A program made the translations under genes and the position numbers. Below, piece after piece: positions 37,755 through 47,661 of a stretch of 64,000 bases of DNA. Positions within the stretch are counted from its first letter, which is position 1; the number at the start of each line of letters is the position of its first letter. The notes under the pieces were generated by a model, which had not been told where the DNA came from, ran no database searches, and saw nothing but the letters and a program-made list of their open reading frames with translations. Origin of the DNA: Bacteroidota bacterium (GTDB taxonomy: Bacteria; Bacteroidota; Bacteroidia; Chitinophagales; Chitinophagaceae); assembly GCA_041162625.1 (NCBI GenBank), contig JBEASE010000005.1:263-64262 (forward strand). Direction: 5' to 3'.

Positions 37755-39143
37755 TTAGTAGGCTGTTGCTTGAGGATCCCAGTTTGCCCAACCTGTAGTC
37801 CAGTTTGTTGCACCCATTGCCCCTCTAAATGTACCAACTGTAAAGAAGGCATTCATTCCGGTGAATGAAGCACCAGTTAATGCTGGAGAACCAGCTTTAG
37901 GAAGGAAATTAGGATTGGTTGAATAATATGGTAAAGTCAATTGAGCATCATCAGCATTTGCCAATGTAAGACAACCCTCTGATTCAGCTTTAGTTTGTAT
38001 TGCTGCAGCAGTAATCACAGCCAATGCATTTGCATCACCACGATAAATTGCTGTTGCCGTATTAGAATGCACCAAGTTATTTTTAAACTCAGATGTTCCA
38101 GCCACATAAGCATTTGCAGTAGCAGCAGATTCCATTGAAAAACCACCTTTTTGCCAACCTATCATGATTGAATTTCTCAATACAAATTGAGTTCCTCTTC
38201 TCCATCTGTTACCAAAGTTATGGTTTGCTGCTGTTCCTGTTATATTATTCGGACCAACAAAAGTAAAGTTACTTAATTGAGGTCTTGTTGTAGGAGTTGC
38301 AGCAGAACCGGTACCATCGTTATCACACTCAATTCCATTTCCAGCATCACCACCGTCTACAAAATCTGGCTTACGACAAGCAATACCAAACTGTATTCTT
38401 CCTACATATCCAAAATCGAAATCGAAATCATCGTCAGCTGTTGCAAAAGCAATCAAGTTCTTGCAGTTAACAGTGCCACCGAAAAATTCAAATGCATCAT
38501 CATTACCGAAAGATACCTGTACATTCTCAATGATAGTTCCAGAGCCAACACCACCAAGTGTTAAACCGTTGATTTCAGAACCAGGTTCAGCAGCGATACC
38601 TGCGAATTCGATTCTTACAAATCTTAAAATACCACTATCATCGTTAGGATCAGTTCCACCATATTTTCTACCTACACCACCTTCAATAACTGGAGCTGGG
38701 TCTAGGGGACGGTTGGTAGGTGCTTTACCCAACATGATAATTCCACCCCAATCGCCAGGAGTTCTTTGTCCTATTGGTTTTCCACTGGTAAATACAATAG
38801 GAGATGCTGCTCTACCATCAGCAATTAGCTTAGCACCTCTCTCTATGATGAGTGCACCTTTCTCTGTAATATCACTTACAATAACAGAACCTGGAGCAAT
38901 TGTGAGTGTATTACCCTCAGTAACATATACATAACCCTTCAACGTATACTTACCCTTAGGTAAATAATAACTTTTGTTGATGATACCTTGAATAAGTCCA
39001 CCGTTAGCAGCTGGATCTTGAGGATCTGCAGCATTACCACCACCAGTGTTGTTGTTGTTGATGGTTTCATCAAAGTTCACTTTGATGCAAGAGCTGAGCG
39101 TAAGCATCGTGAACGCCATCAAACCAAGTACGATTCTTTTCAT
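37755..39143 (-). CDS. Surface lipoprotein with beta-helix-like repeats, partner of the adjacent TonB-dependent receptor
   Basis: Lipobox MLTLSSC and a Gly/Asn-rich linker. Segments GNTLTIAPGSVIV, GAKLIADG...PIVFTS, GDWGGIIMLGKAPTN and GTIIENVQVSFGNDDAFEFFGG suggest a right-handed beta-helix. Confidence 0.7.
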   Translation of the reverse strand: MKRIVLGLMAFTMLTLSSCIKVNFDETINNNNTGGGNAADPQDPAANGGLIQGIINKSYYLPKGKYTLKGYVYVTEGNTLTIAPGSVIVSDITEKGALIIERGAKLIADGRAASPIVFTSGKPIGQRTPGDWGGIIMLGKAPTNRPLDPAPVIEGGVGRKYGGTDPNDDSGILRFVRIEFAGIAAEPGSEINGLTLGGVGSGTIIENVQVSFGNDDAFEFFGGTVNCKNLIAFATADDDFDFDFGYVGRIQFGIACRKPDFVDGGDAGNGIECDNDGTGSAATPTTRPQLSNFTFVGPNNITGTAANHNFGNRWRRGTQFVLRNSIMIGWQKGGFSMESAATANAYVAGTSEFKNNLVHSNTATAIYRGDANALAVITAAAIQTKAESEGCLTLANADDAQLTLPYYSTNPNFLPKAGSPALTGASFTGMNAFFTVGTFRGAMGATNWTTGWANWDPQATAY

Positions 39144-39164
39144 AATTGAGGTTTTTATCTTTTT

Positions 39165-41981
39165 TTATTTTTTCTTGCCAATATTGAAGTCGTAAGTAAA
39201 TCCAACAGTAATTGTACTTCCTTGCTTATATGAGTTGAACAAACGATCAACACCTTTATCAAAAGCAGTGTTCTCATTTACATTTTCATAGAAGTAAAAA
39301 GCATTATTAAGAATATCTGCGAAATTGATTCTGATTTCTCCTTTACCATCAATAACTTTCTTAGAAAGCTGTATATCAATTTGATTTCTCGGACGCTCAT
39401 AAACGTTAGGAAATTCTTCATTACCCACCAAAGTCAAACGCTCACCTACTCTATTGTATAAAACTGAAGCACTGAACATATCGGAAGTGTACTGAAGACC
39501 TGCGTTGAGCAAGTAAGGCGACTGCCCCTGTAAAGGACGATCAGCTTTAACTGTTTTGCTGTCAGCACTCAAATCATTGAAAACAACTTGTGATCTCAAG
39601 TAAGTGTAGTTACCAAAGAAACTAAGTGGTTTTAGTGCTGAAGAAATAAACTCCAACCCTTTTCTGAGTTCAATTTCGAAACCAATTGTTTTAGCACTCA
39701 ATGCATTTTGATAGAAATACCTTCTTGTATCTGCGTTACTACCTGGATCAAGTCTGAATTCAATTGGATCTGTAAACTCTTTATAAAAAGCACCAAAGGT
39801 TATTGCTTCACCTGCTTTTGGATAAATCTCATAACGAAGATCATAGTTCAAGATGGATGATCTTCTCAAAGCAGTATCACCTTTAACACCATAGTTCATC
39901 TCATAATCGAAGAAGGCAAATTCAGCCAACTCTCTAAATTCAGGTCTAGCTACAGTTCTGCTAGCAGATGCCCTGATGTTTTGCTTATCCCCCACATTCA
40001 AGAGAAAATTAACAGAAGGAAGGAAGTCCCATTTCTTAGTCAACCTAACACTTCTATTACCAGTTTGCTCTTTAGAGGTAAGTAACTGTTGGAAATTTTC
40101 TGCACGCACACCCCAAATCACCCTGAAGTCACCAAACTTATTATCCATCATACCATATGCTGCATTCAAGACAGATAGACCAAAATAACGGTCAGAATTG
40201 TTTGTAAACTCTTCCAACACATAACCAGAAGTACCCATGTTATCATAGAAGAATGCCTTATCCACTGGCTTGTAAGCGTTAGCAGCTATAAATGAATTGA
40301 AATTGGTGATGTTGTATCTGAAAATCCTACTTCTGAAATCACGCATCCTAGCCAAAGTAGATCCACCAAATTTTAAAGTTTGCTTGTCTTTGCCGCCCCA
40401 GTTCATTGGGATGATAAATTGTCCGCCTGCTCCTGCACTATAATCTTTTAGATCACTGTAAAATCTTCTAGTATCATCCGGATCAATTTCAAATTTTTCA
40501 TCCGTATTGATTGCACGTGCATACAAAGCGCTGCGTAAATCTGGTTGTTTTTTCCAGTTCAAACCCGCATTACCATTCCATTTAAATTTAATTCCTCTTG
40601 TTGTCAATTGATGCTCACCTTCCAATTGAGAGCTGAACAAGCTACGCTGATTCAAATAAGAAGAATAGAATCTTAAATCGTTTCGTCTGTTGGTATTAAA
40701 ACCTTCTCTGGTGTAATAATTGTCTTCATACAACTGGTTGAACAGGTTTTTGAAAGCTACTTTGTGCTTACCCTTCACCCATGCTACATTAATAATTCCA
40801 CCAAGGTTAGTTTGATACCTGTTTTGCTTATCAGTGAGGTTAAAAACCGGGGTACCATCCGCCTCATAAAATGCTCTCTCAACATCATAAATCAACATTG
40901 AGTTTCTGTAGTTGATAGCTACCAAGGTTCCTAGATTAGCACCATTTTTTAATTTATGATTCTGAGCGTATGTAAAGTTAAAAGTCTTGATTGGTGCAGC
41001 CTTCACTGTATAGGGAACATAAACATCACCACGGAACTGTTGCGTTAATTCAATTTGCTTGTTTAGTCCTGCAGCATCTTTACCTAATGCACGATAGATT
41101 TGAGCAGTTGCAGGGAAACTATCTGGAATATTTCTTGTTCCATCATCAAATCCTAACCAATCATACTGGTTTCTCTTATTACTAGTAAAATCTCTGAAAG
41201 TCGATTGGTTGTTGTAACCAATTCCAAAACCTACAGTAATAACATCTTTAGTAGGAATATCCCTAGTATTTACCTGTACCAATCCGCCTGAAAACTCACC
41301 AGTAAATTCTGGAGTAGCCGTTTTATTGATGACGATGTTATCAATCAAAGCAGCCGGGAACATGTCAAAAGAAAATGCTTTTTTATCTGGTTCACTACTT
41401 GGCAATAAGGCTGAATTCAACATGGCAGAATTGTAGCGATCACTCAAGCCACGAACAATTACAAACTTATTATCCTGAATAGAAGCTCCACTCACACGCT
41501 TCAAAACTTCACCAGTATTTTTATCAGGTGTTCTTCTTATAAAGTCAGCAGCCAATCCACTTGATAGTGCTGTGTTTGTTCTTTGGAAAGTAAGTAAGGC
41601 AACAGTACTCTCCTGGCGACGCGTTGATCTGATTACAATTGCTTCACTGTTCTTGGATTGTGGCTCCAAAACAACAGTTACGTTGTTATCGGCATTTGCA
41701 CCTACTTCAATATCAGCAACAACCTTAGTATTATACCCTACACTCGATACGGTGAAAGTGTATTTCTTTCCTGCTTCTAAATTTGCATCAAATTGACCAT
41801 CTAGATTTGCAACAATGGTTCTTTTCAGTTCCTCAATGAGAATGGATGCACCCGCGACTGGCTCGTTTTTCGTATTGATAACTTTACCAGTCAACTTGAT
41901 GGTTTGAGCAAAAGATGTAGAAACCAATAAAAGACTGGAAAAAGTGACGAACAACAGCTTTTTGAAATTCCTTGATTGCAT
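39165..41981 (-). CDS. TonB-dependent outer-membrane receptor with N-terminal carboxypeptidase-regulatory-like domain
   Basis: Signal peptide after MQSRNFKK, then LTGKVINTKNEPVAGASILIEE..., plug motifs FVIVRGLSDRYNSAMLN and GEFSGGLVQVNTRD. I trimmed the start by 9 codons relative to the ORF track. Confidence 0.88.
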   Translation of the reverse strand: MQSRNFKKLLFVTFSSLLLVSTSFAQTIKLTGKVINTKNEPVAGASILIEELKRTIVANLDGQFDANLEAGKKYTFTVSSVGYNTKVVADIEVGANADNNVTVVLEPQSKNSEAIVIRSTRRQESTVALLTFQRTNTALSSGLAADFIRRTPDKNTGEVLKRVSGASIQDNKFVIVRGLSDRYNSAMLNSALLPSSEPDKKAFSFDMFPAALIDNIVINKTATPEFTGEFSGGLVQVNTRDIPTKDVITVGFGIGYNNQSTFRDFTSNKRNQYDWLGFDDGTRNIPDSFPATAQIYRALGKDAAGLNKQIELTQQFRGDVYVPYTVKAAPIKTFNFTYAQNHKLKNGANLGTLVAINYRNSMLIYDVERAFYEADGTPVFNLTDKQNRYQTNLGGIINVAWVKGKHKVAFKNLFNQLYEDNYYTREGFNTNRRNDLRFYSSYLNQRSLFSSQLEGEHQLTTRGIKFKWNGNAGLNWKKQPDLRSALYARAINTDEKFEIDPDDTRRFYSDLKDYSAGAGGQFIIPMNWGGKDKQTLKFGGSTLARMRDFRSRIFRYNITNFNSFIAANAYKPVDKAFFYDNMGTSGYVLEEFTNNSDRYFGLSVLNAAYGMMDNKFGDFRVIWGVRAENFQQLLTSKEQTGNRSVRLTKKWDFLPSVNFLLNVGDKQNIRASASRTVARPEFRELAEFAFFDYEMNYGVKGDTALRRSSILNYDLRYEIYPKAGEAITFGAFYKEFTDPIEFRLDPGSNADTRRYFYQNALSAKTIGFEIELRKGLEFISSALKPLSFFGNYTYLRSQVVFNDLSADSKTVKADRPLQGQSPYLLNAGLQYTSDMFSASVLYNRVGERLTLVGNEEFPNVYERPRNQIDIQLSKKVIDGKGEIRINFADILNNAFYFYENVNENTAFDKGVDRLFNSYKQGSTITVGFTYDFNIGKKK

Positions 41982-42128
41982 AGTTCTTATTATGCTGCAA
42001 AGGAACAATCGCAGCGTTAATAGGGTGTTAGCAGTCGGTTAACCAATTGTAACCTGTATGTTACCTCCATGTTAACAAGCTTCCATTTTGTTGAAAAAAA
42101 CCGCATCTTTGCCCTCATAACTAATCAC

Positions 42129-42989
42129 ATGAAAGGCATTATTTTGGCAGGTGGCTCCGGCACTAGATTATACCCGATAACGTATGCAATTAGCAAGCAG
42201 ATTATGCCGGTATACGACAAACCAATGATCTATTATCCACTTTCTACGTTGATGCTTTCTGGCATAAAGGATATTTTGATCATTTCTACCCCTCAAGATT
42301 TACCACAATTCCAGAAATTATTTGGTGATGGTGCACACCTTGGATTGAATTTTAGTTATGCAGAGCAAGCAGTTCCTAACGGACTAGCCCAAGCTTTTGT
42401 TATTGGAAAAGAATTTATAGGAAATGATTCCTGTGCATTGGTTTTAGGTGATAATATTTTCTATGGAATGGGTTTGGGAAAGACATTAGAAAAAAATTCA
42501 AAACCTGATGGTGGTATAGTATATGCCTACCAGGTAAGCGACCCGGAAAGATATGGCGTGGTTGAATTTGATGAAAATATGAAAGCCATATCCATTGAGG
42601 AAAAGCCTGCAAAACCCAAAAGTAAATACGCAGTTCCTGGTCTTTATTTCTACGACAACAATGTAGTAGAGATTGCAAAAAACATACAACCTTCTCCAAG
42701 AGGTGAATATGAAATCACAGATGTGAATCTAGCTTACTTGAAGAGTGGTAAACTACATGTGTCGGTACTAGATAGAGGGACAGCCTGGCTGGATACAGGT
42801 ACTTTTGATTCATTGATGCAAGCTTCACAGTTTATTCAAGTAATTGAACAACGTCAGGGAATCAAAATTGCTTGTATTGAAGAAATAGCATGGCGCAAAG
42901 GATTCATCAATACAGAACAATTGGTGAAACTAGCAACACCTTTGCTTAAAAGTGGATACGGTACATACCTTATGGATTTAATCAATTAG
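42129..42989 (+). CDS. rfbA: Glucose-1-phosphate thymidylyltransferase
   Basis: [21 protein letters not shown], with RmlA-like sequence throughout. The start is set at the conserved MKGIILAGG. Confidence 0.93.
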   Translation: MKGIILAGGSGTRLYPITYAISKQIMPVYDKPMIYYPLSTLMLSGIKDILIISTPQDLPQFQKLFGDGAHLGLNFSYAEQAVPNGLAQAFVIGKEFIGNDSCALVLGDNIFYGMGLGKTLEKNSKPDGGIVYAYQVSDPERYGVVEFDENMKAISIEEKPAKPKSKYAVPGLYFYDNNVVEIAKNIQPSPRGEYEITDVNLAYLKSGKLHVSVLDRGTAWLDTGTFDSLMQASQFIQVIEQRQGIKIACIEEIAWRKGFINTEQLVKLATPLLKSGYGTYLMDLIN

Positions 42990-42994
42990 AAGTA

Positions 42995-44056
42995 ATGAAA
43001 AAACTTGTATTGGTCACGGGCGGTACGGGATATATAGGATCTCACACAATAGTAGATTTAATCGAAAATGGATATGAAGTAATTTCTGCAGATAACAATT
43101 CGAGATCTACACCAGGTATGCTGGAAGGCATTGAACAAATTACTGGAAAGAAAATCAAGAACTACAAGGTTGACCTCTGCAACTACGATGAAACAAGAGC
43201 CATATTTGAGGAGAATAACGAGCTAATGGGCGTGATTCATTTTGCAGCGTACAAGGCTGTTGGTGAGTCAGTAGAAAAACCCCTCATGTATTTTCATAAT
43301 AACCTTACTTCACTTATCAATGTGATGCGTTGTATGGAAGAAGCCAAAGTAAACAACTTTGTTTTTTCTTCTTCCTGCACAGTGTATGGCAACCCAGATC
43401 AAATACCAGTTACAGAAGAAACGCCAAAAAAAGAAGCTGCATCGCCATACGGACTCACCAAACAAATTGGTGAACAAATGATAGAAGCACTTGCTGCAGC
43501 TAATCCTGCAATGAACACTGTCTTGTTGCGTTATTTTAATCCTGCAGGAGCGCACCCAACAGCATTAATTGGAGAACTGCCCATCGACAAACCGCAGAAC
43601 CTGGCTCCAGTGATTACCCAAACAGCTATTGGTAAACTAAATGAACTGGTTGTATTTGGCGACGACTATCCTACTCCAGATGGTTCATGTATCAGAGATC
43701 TCATTCATGTTTGTGATTTAGCCCATGCACATACGCTTGCCTTGAACCACATCATTGAAAAGAAAAACAAGCAAAACTGCATAGCTTATAATATTGGATC
43801 TGGAAATGGAATATCCGTTTTTGAAGCCATCAAAGCTTTTGAAGAAAGTACGGGATTAAAATTGAATTACCGTGTAGGTAAAAGAAGAGCAGGTGATGTA
43901 ATTGCGATTTATGCCAATAACGAAAAGGCGAAAAATGAACTTGGCTGGGAACCACAATATAGTGTGAAGGATATCATGACCAGTGCATGGAAATGGGAAC
44001 AATACATAAAAGATTTACCTACCCATCTTGATCTTAGAGCATTTCGATTAAATTAA
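42995..44056 (+). CDS. galE: UDP-glucose 4-epimerase
   Basis: Rossmann motif VTGGTGYIGSH and catalytic SPYGLTKQ (YxxxK). Length is 353 aa. Confidence 0.92.
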   Translation: MKKLVLVTGGTGYIGSHTIVDLIENGYEVISADNNSRSTPGMLEGIEQITGKKIKNYKVDLCNYDETRAIFEENNELMGVIHFAAYKAVGESVEKPLMYFHNNLTSLINVMRCMEEAKVNNFVFSSSCTVYGNPDQIPVTEETPKKEAASPYGLTKQIGEQMIEALAAANPAMNTVLLRYFNPAGAHPTALIGELPIDKPQNLAPVITQTAIGKLNELVVFGDDYPTPDGSCIRDLIHVCDLAHAHTLALNHIIEKKNKQNCIAYNIGSGNGISVFEAIKAFEESTGLKLNYRVGKRRAGDVIAIYANNEKAKNELGWEPQYSVKDIMTSAWKWEQYIKDLPTHLDLRAFRLN

Positions 44057-44122
44057 TCTGAAAATTTTAACCGCTTTACTCCAAAATAAAGCCTTAATTG
44101 ATGTTACTTTGCGTCAAATAAG

Positions 44123-45091
44123 TTGAAAATGTTAGATGCAATTCAGGTAACCGGACAAAAAGATACAAGAAGTGGGTTTGGTGATGGTATTTTTGAATTG
44201 GGACAAAAAAATCCGAATGTAGTCGCTTTGACCGCAGATCTCGCAGGCTCTTTGAAACTAAATGCATTTATCAAAGCATTCCCTGAAAGATTTATACAAT
44301 GTGGAATTGCTGAAGCAAACATGATTGGCATTGCTGCAGGATTAACCATTGGAGGAAAAATTCCGTTTACCACAACATTTGCTAACTTCTCCACGGGTAG
44401 GGTTTACGACCAAATCAGACAATCTGTTGCCTATTCAGGTAAAAACGTAAAAATTTGTGCATCACATGCAGGACTAACACTCGGTGAAGACGGAGCAACA
44501 CACCAAATTCTAGAAGATATTGGATTGATGAAAATGCTTCCTGGTATGACTGTTATTGTGCCATGCGATTATAACCAAACCAAAGCGGCAACTATCGCCA
44601 TAGCAGAATATGAAGGTCCAGTTTACTTGAGATTTGGTAGACCTGTATGGCCTATTTTCACTAACCCAGATGAATCTTTTATCATTGGAAAAGCACAGCA
44701 ACTTGCTGAAGGAAGCGATGCAAGTATTTTTGCCTGCGGCCACTTGGTATGGAAAGCCATAGAAGCTGCAAAAGCATTGAAAGAAAAAGGCATACATGTT
44801 GATGTAATTAATATTCACACCATCAAGCCCCTTGATGAAAAAGCAGTATTGAATTCAATTAAAAAAACTGGCTGTGCTGTTACTGCAGAAGAACACAATG
44901 TAATTGGTGGATTAGGAGACAGCATTGCGCAAACAGCCACCAAGCACTTCCCAATACCTATTGAAATGATTGGAACCCAAGATACTTTTGGCGAAAGTGG
45001 TAAACCAACTGAACTGCTTAAGAAGTATGGTTTGGAAACAGAAAATATTATAGCTGCAGTTGAAAAAGCTATATCAAGAAAGCGTGCTTAA
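44123..45091 (+). CDS. Transketolase, C-terminal (pyrimidine-binding) subunit of a split enzyme
   Basis: Motifs RSGFGDGIFELG, FIQCGIAEANMIGIAAG and GEDGATHQ. The start could be the ATG at 44129. No N-terminal (TPP-binding) subunit gene lies next to it. Confidence 0.88.
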   Translation: MKMLDAIQVTGQKDTRSGFGDGIFELGQKNPNVVALTADLAGSLKLNAFIKAFPERFIQCGIAEANMIGIAAGLTIGGKIPFTTTFANFSTGRVYDQIRQSVAYSGKNVKICASHAGLTLGEDGATHQILEDIGLMKMLPGMTVIVPCDYNQTKAATIAIAEYEGPVYLRFGRPVWPIFTNPDESFIIGKAQQLAEGSDASIFACGHLVWKAIEAAKALKEKGIHVDVINIHTIKPLDEKAVLNSIKKTGCAVTAEEHNVIGGLGDSIAQTATKHFPIPIEMIGTQDTFGESGKPTELLKKYGLETENIIAAVEKAISRKRA

Positions 45092-45093
45092 CC

Positions 45094-45645
45094 ATGCTCA
45101 ACGACCTGAATGATATTGAGCTTGTTCGCTTGTTTAAAGAAGACAAGAACAAAGAGCAAGTTTTTACAGTAATTGTTAAAAGATACCAGGAAAAAATATA
45201 CTGGCAAATCAGAAGATTGGTGGTTAGTCACACTGATGCCGACGACGTAATGCAAAATGTATTCATCAAGGTTTGGAATGCATTGGATCAATTCAGGGAA
45301 GATGCAAAGTTGTTTACCTGGCTATATAGGATTGCCACCAATGAATCACTAACTTTTATTGAACAATCAAAGAAAAGGGCATCCCTCTCTTTTGATGATA
45401 TGAGCGATACTTTGGTGGATAAACTACACAGTGAAAAGGATTTTGATGAGAAAAAAGCAGTTTGGAAACTTCAGCTTGCAATACAGCAACTTCCTGAAAA
45501 ACAAAGAGTTGTATTTAATTTACGTTATTTTGAAGAGATGCCATATGAGGAAATGAGTGAAATCCTGGAAACCTCTGTAGGTGCTTTAAAGGCAAGCTAT
45601 CACCATGCCGTTAAAAAGATAGAAGAATACATACTAAATCATTAA
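45094..45645 (+). CDS. ECF-type RNA polymerase sigma-70 factor
   Basis: Region 2 DADDVMQNVFIKVW...WLYRIATNE and region 4 LPEKQRVVFNLRYFEEMPYEEMSEIL. It starts 2 nt after the transketolase stop. Confidence 0.9.
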   Translation: MLNDLNDIELVRLFKEDKNKEQVFTVIVKRYQEKIYWQIRRLVVSHTDADDVMQNVFIKVWNALDQFREDAKLFTWLYRIATNESLTFIEQSKKRASLSFDDMSDTLVDKLHSEKDFDEKKAVWKLQLAIQQLPEKQRVVFNLRYFEEMPYEEMSEILETSVGALKASYHHAVKKIEEYILNH

Positions 45646-45676
45646 ACTAACCTTATTAAGTGCAGTCTAACCTGTG

Positions 45677-46288
45677 ATGAAAGACGATCAACAAATAATG
45701 TCAGAACTCTCATCAATAAGTCCGCTTGTTGCTGATATGCCCAGAAATAATCCTTTTGAGGTACCAAAAGGTTATTTTCAGGAGTTTTCAGCAAATATAT
45801 TGTTCCAAATTCAAGCACAAGAGATTGAAAAAGAAGCACTTAGTCCATTTTTACAATCACTCAAAAAAGAAAACCCCTACTCAGTTCCTCCTGATTATAT
45901 GCAGCAATTCAAAGTTGAGATCAAGCCAACGCAAGGCAAGGTTGTGCGATTATTCAACTTAAAAGCAGTGTTAAAATATGAAGCCGCTGCTGCTGTTATT
46001 GGAATTATCGCTACGTTTGCTACCCTCTATTTTAGTAGTGAAAGGCAAGGATCAATTGCTAAATCAACAGAGGAAGTTGCTATTTCAGCCGATGGCTATG
46101 CGCTTTTTCTAAATGAAACAGCTTCTATTGACGAGGATCACTCTGAAGAAATAATTGATGACACACAGTCGTTATTGGTTCAGATGGATGCAAATACGGT
46201 GACAGAGATACTGAGTGAAATACCCGAAAACGAAATATCCACCTATATTGATCTCAGTAAAAATGAAGATCTAACTATGATGAACTAA
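45677..46288 (+). CDS. Putative anti-sigma factor (single-pass membrane protein)
   Basis: It lies immediately downstream of the ECF sigma gene and has one TM segment (AAAAVIGIIATFATLYF) and an acidic C-terminal region. Confidence 0.55.
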   Translation: MKDDQQIMSELSSISPLVADMPRNNPFEVPKGYFQEFSANILFQIQAQEIEKEALSPFLQSLKKENPYSVPPDYMQQFKVEIKPTQGKVVRLFNLKAVLKYEAAAAVIGIIATFATLYFSSERQGSIAKSTEEVAISADGYALFLNETASIDEDHSEEIIDDTQSLLVQMDANTVTEILSEIPENEISTYIDLSKNEDLTMMN

Positions 46289-46293
46289 AAAAC

Positions 46294-46743
46294 ATGTCTA
46301 ACGTTCAAAATATGAAAACATTTTTTACACTATTTACTTGTTTACTGATTTTTGTAAACGCCCAGGCGCAACGTCAACGTCCAGATATGGATGCCAGGGT
46401 TGCTGAATTAAAGAAGATTCAGGCCATGGAATTGGCATTTATAACAAAAGAGCTTAATCTCAACCCTCAAGAGGCTCAAAAATTTTGGCCAATTTTCAAC
46501 CAATACAGAAACGATTTAAAGCAGGCAGCACAGGCTAAGGAGTATAAGGACAATCTAGACCGCCAACAAAAAATGCTGGATGTCAGAAAGCAATACAGAG
46601 ATGACTTTGAAAAAGTTATCAGCATCGAAAGAGCCAATAAAGTCTTTGGGGCAGAGGATGAATTTAAATCCTTGGTAAGGAGAGAATTTCAAAAAAGACA
46701 GGCAGAAAAAAAGCAGCTTGAGTCAAGAAAAAAAGGCTTTTAA
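46294..46743 (+). CDS. Secreted helical Lys/Gln/Arg-rich protein, third gene of the ECF sigma operon (Spy/CpxP-like periplasmic protein?)
   Basis: Signal peptide ending NAQAQ, then charged helical repeats (LNLNPQEAQKFWPIFNQY...). The functional label is a guess. Confidence 0.5.
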   Translation: MSNVQNMKTFFTLFTCLLIFVNAQAQRQRPDMDARVAELKKIQAMELAFITKELNLNPQEAQKFWPIFNQYRNDLKQAAQAKEYKDNLDRQQKMLDVRKQYRDDFEKVISIERANKVFGAEDEFKSLVRREFQKRQAEKKQLESRKKGF

Positions 46744-46792
46744 TTTAATTTTTATTGTATTTTTAACCTGGTGTTTTTCATAGGTTAGCAAC

Positions 46793-46823
46793 GGCTGGCT
46801 CTTTTCAGGGCTAGCCTTTTTTT
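46793..46823 (+). terminator. Intrinsic terminator of the sigma operon
   Basis: GGCTGGC (46793-46799) pairs with GCTAGCC (46810-46816), including one G-U pair, followed by T7 (46817-46823). Confidence 0.7.
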
Positions 46824-46911
46824 ATTAATACACTCAATTTAGTAGCATTTCTTATCAAATTAAATACCCATCTATACTGAATATTTACAAAATCTATATA
46901 AAAATACTAAT

Positions 46912-47655
46912 TTATATAGGCTTTATCAATGGTGTTGTTATATCATGATAAAATAAAAAACACCACCCCGCTGTCTTAGCATGATCCCACCAGCTTTGCC
47001 TAAGCTCCATTGCTTTTTTACCATCATGATCATACTTGGCCACAAACTTCGTCTTCATTTGCTGTAATTGAGGAGCTTCATCACCACCGAAGAAAATAGT
47101 TTCACTTTCTTCCTCAATCCAAAATACTTGATGGTATGGAGAATGGCCTCCAGAAAATTGGTGTCTTATATAGCCATCAATTGTGCCATCATCCGATAGG
47201 AATACAACCTTTTCATTTCCTTCTAATACCTGAAGCTTTTCAGCGTCATATGAAACATTATTTCCATACAAGGCATACTCCAATTCTTGATGATGTATGT
47301 AATGCATCGCATTAGGAAAAGCCAAATGCCAGGCTTCTTGATAAGGATCCTTAATGGTTAACCCTCCTGCATGATCTCGATGCAAATGACTCATTAACAC
47401 TTTTGTGATATCATGAGAGGAAAAGCCATGAAGAGCGAGGTTATCATAAATCTGCGCTACCCCATTTACTGAGAAACCTAATCCTGTGTCTAATAGGAGT
47501 ACATCTTTATTTGTAACAATTAGAAAAGGTTGTATTTCAACAAGCAAACTTCCTCTCGATCTTTCTTGAAGATTATCTTTTTGAACATCAAAAGGTATAA
47601 AGACTTTTGTTTGATCAATAGTAAATGCTCCCTCTGAAAGTGGTATAATTTTCAT
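46912..47655 (-). CDS. MBL-fold metallo-hydrolase
   Basis: HxHxDH motif SHLHRDHAGG. Length is 247 aa. Confidence 0.88.
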   Translation of the reverse strand: MKIIPLSEGAFTIDQTKVFIPFDVQKDNLQERSRGSLLVEIQPFLIVTNKDVLLLDTGLGFSVNGVAQIYDNLALHGFSSHDITKVLMSHLHRDHAGGLTIKDPYQEAWHLAFPNAMHYIHHQELEYALYGNNVSYDAEKLQVLEGNEKVVFLSDDGTIDGYIRHQFSGGHSPYHQVFWIEEESETIFFGGDEAPQLQQMKTKFVAKYDHDGKKAMELRQSWWDHAKTAGWCFLFYHDITTPLIKPI

Positions 47656-47661
47656 ACTTGA

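Noticed and set aside
38461-38934. Long ORFs antisense to real genes. Examples: 38461-38934 (157 aa), 57387-57878 (163 aa), 22620-23057 (145 aa), 35033-35389 (118 aa) and 5303-5668 (121 aa).
   Set aside because: Each lies entirely inside a longer opposite-strand ORF that has clear family motifs. Their translations are low-complexity (Ser/Pro/Ile-rich) with no recognisable motif, which is typical of shadow ORFs.
46894-46919. 9-bp inverted repeat CTATATAAA/TTTATATAG overlapping the stop codon of the MBL-fold gene.
   Set aside because: The stem is A/T-only and of low stability, sits in an A+T-rich spacer, and has no adjacent U-run in the right orientation.
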